Source: an uncultured Gammaproteobacteria bacterium (GTDB lineage Bacteria; Patescibacteriota; Patescibacteriia; Magasanikbacterales; GWA2-37-8). From it: 64,000 nt of DNA. Each line of letters begins with the position of its first letter. Within the stretch, counting starts at the first letter, position 1. Shown here piece after piece: positions 59,302 through 64,000 of the stretch. The stretch spans positions 460,830 to 524,829 of the forward strand of contig CAZQUL010000001.1 in the NCBI GenBank assembly GCA_964596525.1, in the 5' to 3' direction. Made by a program: the position numbers and the translations under genes. Below the pieces are notes generated by a model. The model worked only from the letters and a program-made list of their open reading frames with translations. It was not told the DNA's origin and did not search any database.

Positions 59302-61146
59302 ATGCGTGATTTTATCAAGAATTTTGCCATTATTTTCGTTGCGCTTGTTGCAGTTGCTTTTGGCCTTAGCATGCTGAATAGCTACCGCACGACCAAGAAA
59401 CCTGAGTCCGTCGGTATTGCCCGGGTGGTGGAAGAGATCAACGCCGGAGCTGTAGAAAAGATCACTGTCCAAGGCGATGCTATTACTGTTCTTCTCAAAG
59501 ACGATAATGCCCGCGAACAGGTGGCCAAAAAAGAGTACGGCGAATCGTTCGGTGACGTGATGAAAAATTACGGCGTCTCCGAAACTGCCCTTGCGGAACT
59601 GCGCAAGAACAACGCTATCGAAATCAAAGACGAAAGCAGCTGGAAATTTTGGGTTGCTAATCTGGTGCCGGCACTCATTCCACTCATCGCTATCATGGTG
59701 TTCATCTACCTCATGAGCCGGAGCGCCCAGGGCGTTAACAACCGCGCGCTTGGTTTTGGTCAGAGTAATCCGCGCCAGATGGACCCCGAAAGTAAAGACA
59801 AGAAAACCTTCGCCGACGTGGCCGGTGCCAAAGAGGCAAAAGAAGAATTGGTTGAAATCGTCGACTTCCTCAAGAATCCCAAACGCTTCGCCGATATGGG
59901 CGCGAAGATCCCCAAAGGCGTTCTTCTCACCGGTTCGCCGGGTACGGGTAAAACGCTTTTGGCCAAAGCTGTTGCCGGTGAAGCTGATGTGCCGTTCTTC
60001 CACATGAGCGGTTCGGAATTCGTTGAGATGTTTGTTGGTGTGGGTGCTTCACGCGTGCGTGATTTGTTCAACAAAGCTAAGAAAGCTGCTCCAGCCATTG
60101 TCTTCATCGATGAAATTGATGCGGTGGGTCGCCGCCGCGGCGCGGGTTTGGGCGGTGGACACGATGAACGCGAACAGACGCTCAACCAGATCCTTGTTGA
60201 AATGGATGGGTTTGAACCCAATTCGGGCGTCATCATCATGGCGGCCACCAACCGTCCGGATGTGCTCGACCCGGCACTACTTCGCCCCGGCCGCTTCGAT
60301 CGTCGTGTCACGATCGATATGCCCGACATTAAAGACCGCGAAGAAATCCTCAATGTCCATGCCAAAGGCAAACCGCTCGCCGCTTCGGTGTCGCTGCGCA
60401 AAATCGCCGAGCGTACCCCGGGTTTTTCGGGTGCGGATCTCTCAAACCTCCTCAATGAAGCGGCCATCCTCGCGGTGCGCAAAAACATGAAAGAAGTCAC
60501 TGAAAACGAAATTTTGCCGAGTATCGAAAAAGTACTCCTTGGACCAGAGCGCAAGAGCCGCGTTATTTCCGATCATGATAAAAAAGTCACGGCCTACCAC
60601 GAAGCTGGCCATGCCATCGTCGGGTATCTCCTCAAGCATTCCGATCCGGTGCGCAAGGTGTCTATCATCTCGCGCGGGTCGGCTGGCGGTTACACGCTCA
60701 AGATGCCAAACGAAGACAAGCATTATGTTACCCTTGCCGCCTTCCGCGATGACTTGGCCATGGCCATGGGTGGTTACGTAGCCGAGAAAATGATCTTCGG
60801 CGAGGATATGATTTCTACCGGCCCCTCAAGCGATCTGCGCAACGCCACCAAGCTCGCCCGCAACATGGTGACGCAGTACGGCATGAGCACCAAACTCGGT
60901 GCCCGTACCTTCGGACAGCATGACGAGATGATTTTCCTCGGCCGTGAAATCCACGAAGAGCGCGACTACTCCGACAAGACCGCTGAAGAAATCGATGCCG
61001 AAATCAAAGCCCTTCTCACCGAGGCACAAGACCGTGCTCGTGAAGTGCTCACCACCAACCGCGAAAAAATGGAACGCATGGTCGCTGTTCTCATCGAAAA
61101 AGAAACTATCGAAGAAGCAGACATTAAAGCGATCATGGCCGCGTAA
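59302..61146 (+). CDS. ftsH: ATP-dependent zinc metalloprotease FtsH
   Basis: Two TMs, [29 protein letters not shown]. Confidence 0.98.
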   Translation: MRDFIKNFAIIFVALVAVAFGLSMLNSYRTTKKPESVGIARVVEEINAGAVEKITVQGDAITVLLKDDNAREQVAKKEYGESFGDVMKNYGVSETALAELRKNNAIEIKDESSWKFWVANLVPALIPLIAIMVFIYLMSRSAQGVNNRALGFGQSNPRQMDPESKDKKTFADVAGAKEAKEELVEIVDFLKNPKRFADMGAKIPKGVLLTGSPGTGKTLLAKAVAGEADVPFFHMSGSEFVEMFVGVGASRVRDLFNKAKKAAPAIVFIDEIDAVGRRRGAGLGGGHDEREQTLNQILVEMDGFEPNSGVIIMAATNRPDVLDPALLRPGRFDRRVTIDMPDIKDREEILNVHAKGKPLAASVSLRKIAERTPGFSGADLSNLLNEAAILAVRKNMKEVTENEILPSIEKVLLGPERKSRVISDHDKKVTAYHEAGHAIVGYLLKHSDPVRKVSIISRGSAGGYTLKMPNEDKHYVTLAAFRDDLAMAMGGYVAEKMIFGEDMISTGPSSDLRNATKLARNMVTQYGMSTKLGARTFGQHDEMIFLGREIHEERDYSDKTAEEIDAEIKALLTEAQDRAREVLTTNREKMERMVAVLIEKETIEEADIKAIMAA

Positions 61147-61176
61147 AAAAATAGAAGAAAGAGTCTGTTACGTACC

Positions 61177-61345
61177 GTCATTGCGAGCGCAGCGAAGCAA
61201 TCCCTCAGTGCTTCGGAGCTCGCTCTGATATCAAGGAGATTGCCCGCCCGGCACGCCGTGCTGCCATGGCGGACGGGCTTCGTCGGTTGCCTCCTCGCAA
61301 TGACGAGTTCTCGGGACGACCTCGTCCCGGCCGAGGCGCAATGAC
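61177..61345 (+). repeat. palindromic repeat element, copy 4 (nested GC hairpin and duplicated right end)
   Basis: GTCATTGCGAG at 61177, CTCGCAATGAC ending 61304, second CGCAATGAC ending 61345. Confidence 0.88.
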
Positions 61346-61439
61346 AACAATCTCTCAATAAGAAGCTCATAATTATAAAAGCCCGCAGGACACATGGTGT
61401 CGGCGGGCTTTTTGGTTGGTCCTTTCTGCCGCGTGGCGG

Positions 61440-61982
61440 CTAGAGGGGGAAGTCGCTCGCGATCGATGCGTCGTCGGCGACCTTCACGGGTGCGGGCTGG
61501 CTGCGCATCTCGACGGGCGCTTGCCGGCGCAGAGTCACGGTGAACTCGATCGCACCGAGCGTCGACTTGAGCTTGATCGCGCGGTCGAGCACGCCCGGCC
61601 CTGGAGTCAGGTTCTTCACCGGGTCGTCGATGTCCTGGTAGGACAGGACCGCTTCCACGACCGGGCCTTTGCCCCGGTTGCAGAACACCGTGAGCTGTCC
61701 AATGGTATCGTCCACCTGGATTAAGTTGCCGTAGCAGGCGGAGCGCAGGGTGACCTGCCAGCCGTCGCTCGAGACCGAGGCGATGCTGAGCGTTCCCCAG
61801 CCCGAGGGCTCGAAGGAGCTCCGCTCGTTCTGGAAGATCCGCTTGAACCAGGCCGGCTGCTCCTCCACCTTCGGGGCTTCATGGTGCGAGGAGCGGTGGT
61901 GCTTGCGGGCCTCGGCGGAGGGCGGGGTGGACAGGGTGAAGGCGGTGGCGAGAGCGGCGGTGAAAAGAGCGATCTTGCGCAT
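61440..61982 (-). CDS. hypothetical secreted protein
   Basis: Start refined to the ATG after SD GGAGG; signal peptide ending AEA; own promoter at 62048-62076; terminator at 61377-61412. Confidence 0.72.
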   Translation of the reverse strand: MRKIALFTAALATAFTLSTPPSAEARKHHRSSHHEAPKVEEQPAWFKRIFQNERSSFEPSGWGTLSIASVSSDGWQVTLRSACYGNLIQVDDTIGQLTVFCNRGKGPVVEAVLSYQDIDDPVKNLTPGPGVLDRAIKLKSTLGAIEFTVTLRRQAPVEMRSQPAPVKVADDASIASDFPL

Positions 61983-62170
61983 GGTTCCTCCGTTGTGGTC
62001 CAGTACACTCCAGGTCGAATTTTCGGGTCCTGGATTCTCAACGTCATAGTTTACCATAAAAAGGTGGTTTTGTCAAGATATGGTAGGAATAGGATATAAG
62101 TATGTAAAAAACGCTTTGTTGAGAGCAAATAAACGCTTTGCCTCTTGGTATAATTTACTTTTGATTAGTC

Positions 62171-62237
62171 TTGACATTCGCCACCACAATACATATAATT
62201 CTTCTCGAAGAGAGTGCTCCTAAGCGCTCTCTCTTCG
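62171..62237 (+). promoter_or_regulatory. nusA promoter and leader hairpin
   Basis: Perfect TTGACA-17-TATAAT, then AGAGAGTGCT-N4-AGCGCTCTCT. Confidence 0.75.
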
Positions 62238-62280
62238 TTAAACGTGCTATAATTACCTACTACTCATTTTTAAATCTCGT

Positions 62281-63519
62281 ATGGCCTCAGAAATTACCAA
62301 AGCCATTCAAATGCTCTGTGACGAAAAGAAACTTTCGTTCGAAGCCGTGATGGAAACCATCGAAGCCGCGCTCGCGGCCGCGTACCGCAAGGATTTCGGT
62401 AACAAGCAGCAGAATATCAAAGTGAAGTTCGATCCGGAAACCGGCGACATGCAGGCCTGGGACGTTAAAACCGTCGTTGAAGATATTGACGAAGAAACCC
62501 TCACTAAGGCACAAGAAGAAATGACGGCGCTGCGCGAAAAAGCCCGTCTCGAAAACCGCGAACTCACCGAAGAAGAAGTGGCTCATTTGCCGCGCTTCAA
62601 CCCCAAAAATGACATCATGGTGAAAGATGCCAAAGAACTTCCGGCTGCGGGCAAGAAAGTCAAAGTCGGCGACGTGCTCGAAATCCCGCTCGAAATCCCG
62701 CATGCGTTTGGCCGCATGGCTGCACAGACCGCTAAACAGGTCGTTATCCAAAAAGTCCGCGAGGCGGAACGCACCTCGGTATTCGGCGAATTCAAGAATC
62801 TCGAACACACCATCATCCAAGGCACGGTGCAGCGCATCGAAGCGCGCAAGATTTTGGTTGACCTTGGCAAGCTCACCGGCGTCTTGCCGCTCGAGCAGCA
62901 GATGCGCGGTGAGCGGTTCCGTCCGGGTGGCCGCATCAAAGCGTATGTCGTATCGGTTGACATGACCATTCGCGGTCCGGAAGTACTCCTCTCGCGTGCG
63001 CATCCCGACATGGTGAAAGAAGTGTTCAAGCAAGAAATCCCCGAAGTGGCCGATGGCGCCATCGTCATCAAGGGCGTTGCCCGCGAGCCGGGATACCGCG
63101 CCAAAGTGGCGGTCGCAGCCGTCGACGAATCGCTCGATCCGATCGGTTCGTGTATTGGCCAGCGGGGGAGCCGTATCAGCACCATCATCGAAGAGCTGGG
63201 TGGCGAGAAAGTTGATCTCATTGAATTCCGCGAAGACCCGGCTGAATACATCGCCCGTGCACTGGCTCCGGCCAAAGTGGCTAAAGTTACGCTTCATAAT
63301 GTTGAGCATGTGGCGGTTGCCGAAGTGGTTCCTGACCAGTTTTCGCTCGCGATCGGCAGAAGCGGCCAGAACGTACGTCTCGCTTCGGATTTGACCGGTT
63401 GGCGCATCACTGTAAAAGAACAAGGTGGTGCACAAGAAGCCACGAGCGAGGGTGTAGTGAAGGGTGAAGGTTCTGAAACCGAAGAGGTCAAAGAAGAAGC
63501 GAAGGAAGAAAAAGAATAG
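62281..63519 (+). CDS. nusA: transcription termination factor NusA
   Basis: [13 protein letters not shown]1 and KH domains, [20 protein letters not shown]. Confidence 0.98.
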   Translation: MASEITKAIQMLCDEKKLSFEAVMETIEAALAAAYRKDFGNKQQNIKVKFDPETGDMQAWDVKTVVEDIDEETLTKAQEEMTALREKARLENRELTEEEVAHLPRFNPKNDIMVKDAKELPAAGKKVKVGDVLEIPLEIPHAFGRMAAQTAKQVVIQKVREAERTSVFGEFKNLEHTIIQGTVQRIEARKILVDLGKLTGVLPLEQQMRGERFRPGGRIKAYVVSVDMTIRGPEVLLSRAHPDMVKEVFKQEIPEVADGAIVIKGVAREPGYRAKVAVAAVDESLDPIGSCIGQRGSRISTIIEELGGEKVDLIEFREDPAEYIARALAPAKVAKVTLHNVEHVAVAEVVPDQFSLAIGRSGQNVRLASDLTGWRITVKEQGGAQEATSEGVVKGEGSETEEVKEEAKEEKE

Positions 63520-63570
63520 CAAGCGTTTCGTTGAGCGCTAGGTATTTAATGTCTCGCTTTTGATTTACGT

Positions 63571-64000
63571 ATGCTCGGCAATCTTTTCCACGTCGTGCTG
63601 TATCAGCCGATTTTCAACTTGTTTATCGGTCTCTACAACATCATTCCCGGACATGATTTGACACTCGTCATTCTTGTCCTGACCATCATCATCCGCCTTA
63701 TCGTGTCGCCTCTTACGCTCCGCTACGTGCGCGCGCAGCAATCGATGCTTGTCCTTAACCCCAAGCTCGAGGCCATCAAAAAAGAATACGCCGCCGACAA
63801 GCAAAAGCAGGCGCAGGCCATTATGGAGCTCTACAAACAGCACAAGGTGAATCCGTTCACTTCGTGCTTGCCGCTCCTACTGCAACTCCCGATCATCATC
63901 GCGCTTTATCGTGTACTCTCCACCGGCATCGTTACTACCGACGTTGGATCGGTGTTGTACCCATTCGTTTCGAACCCCGGCCGAATCGATACCGTAAGCT
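63571..64000 (+). CDS. yidC: membrane protein insertase YidC/Oxa1 (3'-truncated by window)
   Basis: Manual translation gives LYQPIFN...LTIIIR...NPKLEAIKKEY..DKQKQAQAIMELYKQHKVNPFTSCLPLLLQLPI. Confidence 0.92.
   Translation, partial: MLGNLFHVVLYQPIFNLFIGLYNIIPGHDLTLVILVLTIIIRLIVSPLTLRYVRAQQSMLVLNPKLEAIKKEYAADKQKQAQAIMELYKQHKVNPFTSCLPLLLQLPIIIALYRVLSTGIVTTDVGSVLYPFVSNPGRIDTVS

Overview
Chromosomal segment of a bacterium that looks like Patescibacteria (CPR). This is an inference from the gene set and from core genes lacking Shine-Dalgarno (SD) motifs. Core genes are rpoB (partial), rpoC, uvrD/pcrA, prmC, tdk, groES-groEL with a CIRCE-like operator, a DEAD-box helicase, gyrA, rpmF-nusB-rnc, rpsA, ftsH, nusA and yidC (partial), plus three tRNAs. 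About 20 orphan or foreign-looking genes sit between them, singly or in pairs. Most carry a strong GGAGG SD, and many have their own near-consensus sigma70 promoter and terminator. They include a cytochrome P450, an ADP-ribosylglycohydrolase, a POT peptide transporter, a lipoprotein plus M23-Kelch peptidase pair, and a tandem paralog array beside tRNA-Arg(CCG). Notable non-coding structure includes four copies of a palindromic repeat with covarying stems and nested hairpins, a promoter-driven structured RNA or 33-aa hydrophobic peptide locus (23.8-24.0 kb), a DnaA-box cluster before groES, and a long inter-tRNA hairpin. No CRISPR array, transposase, integrase or phage structural gene was seen. 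All calls come from reading the sequence and motifs by eye; no database searches were run.
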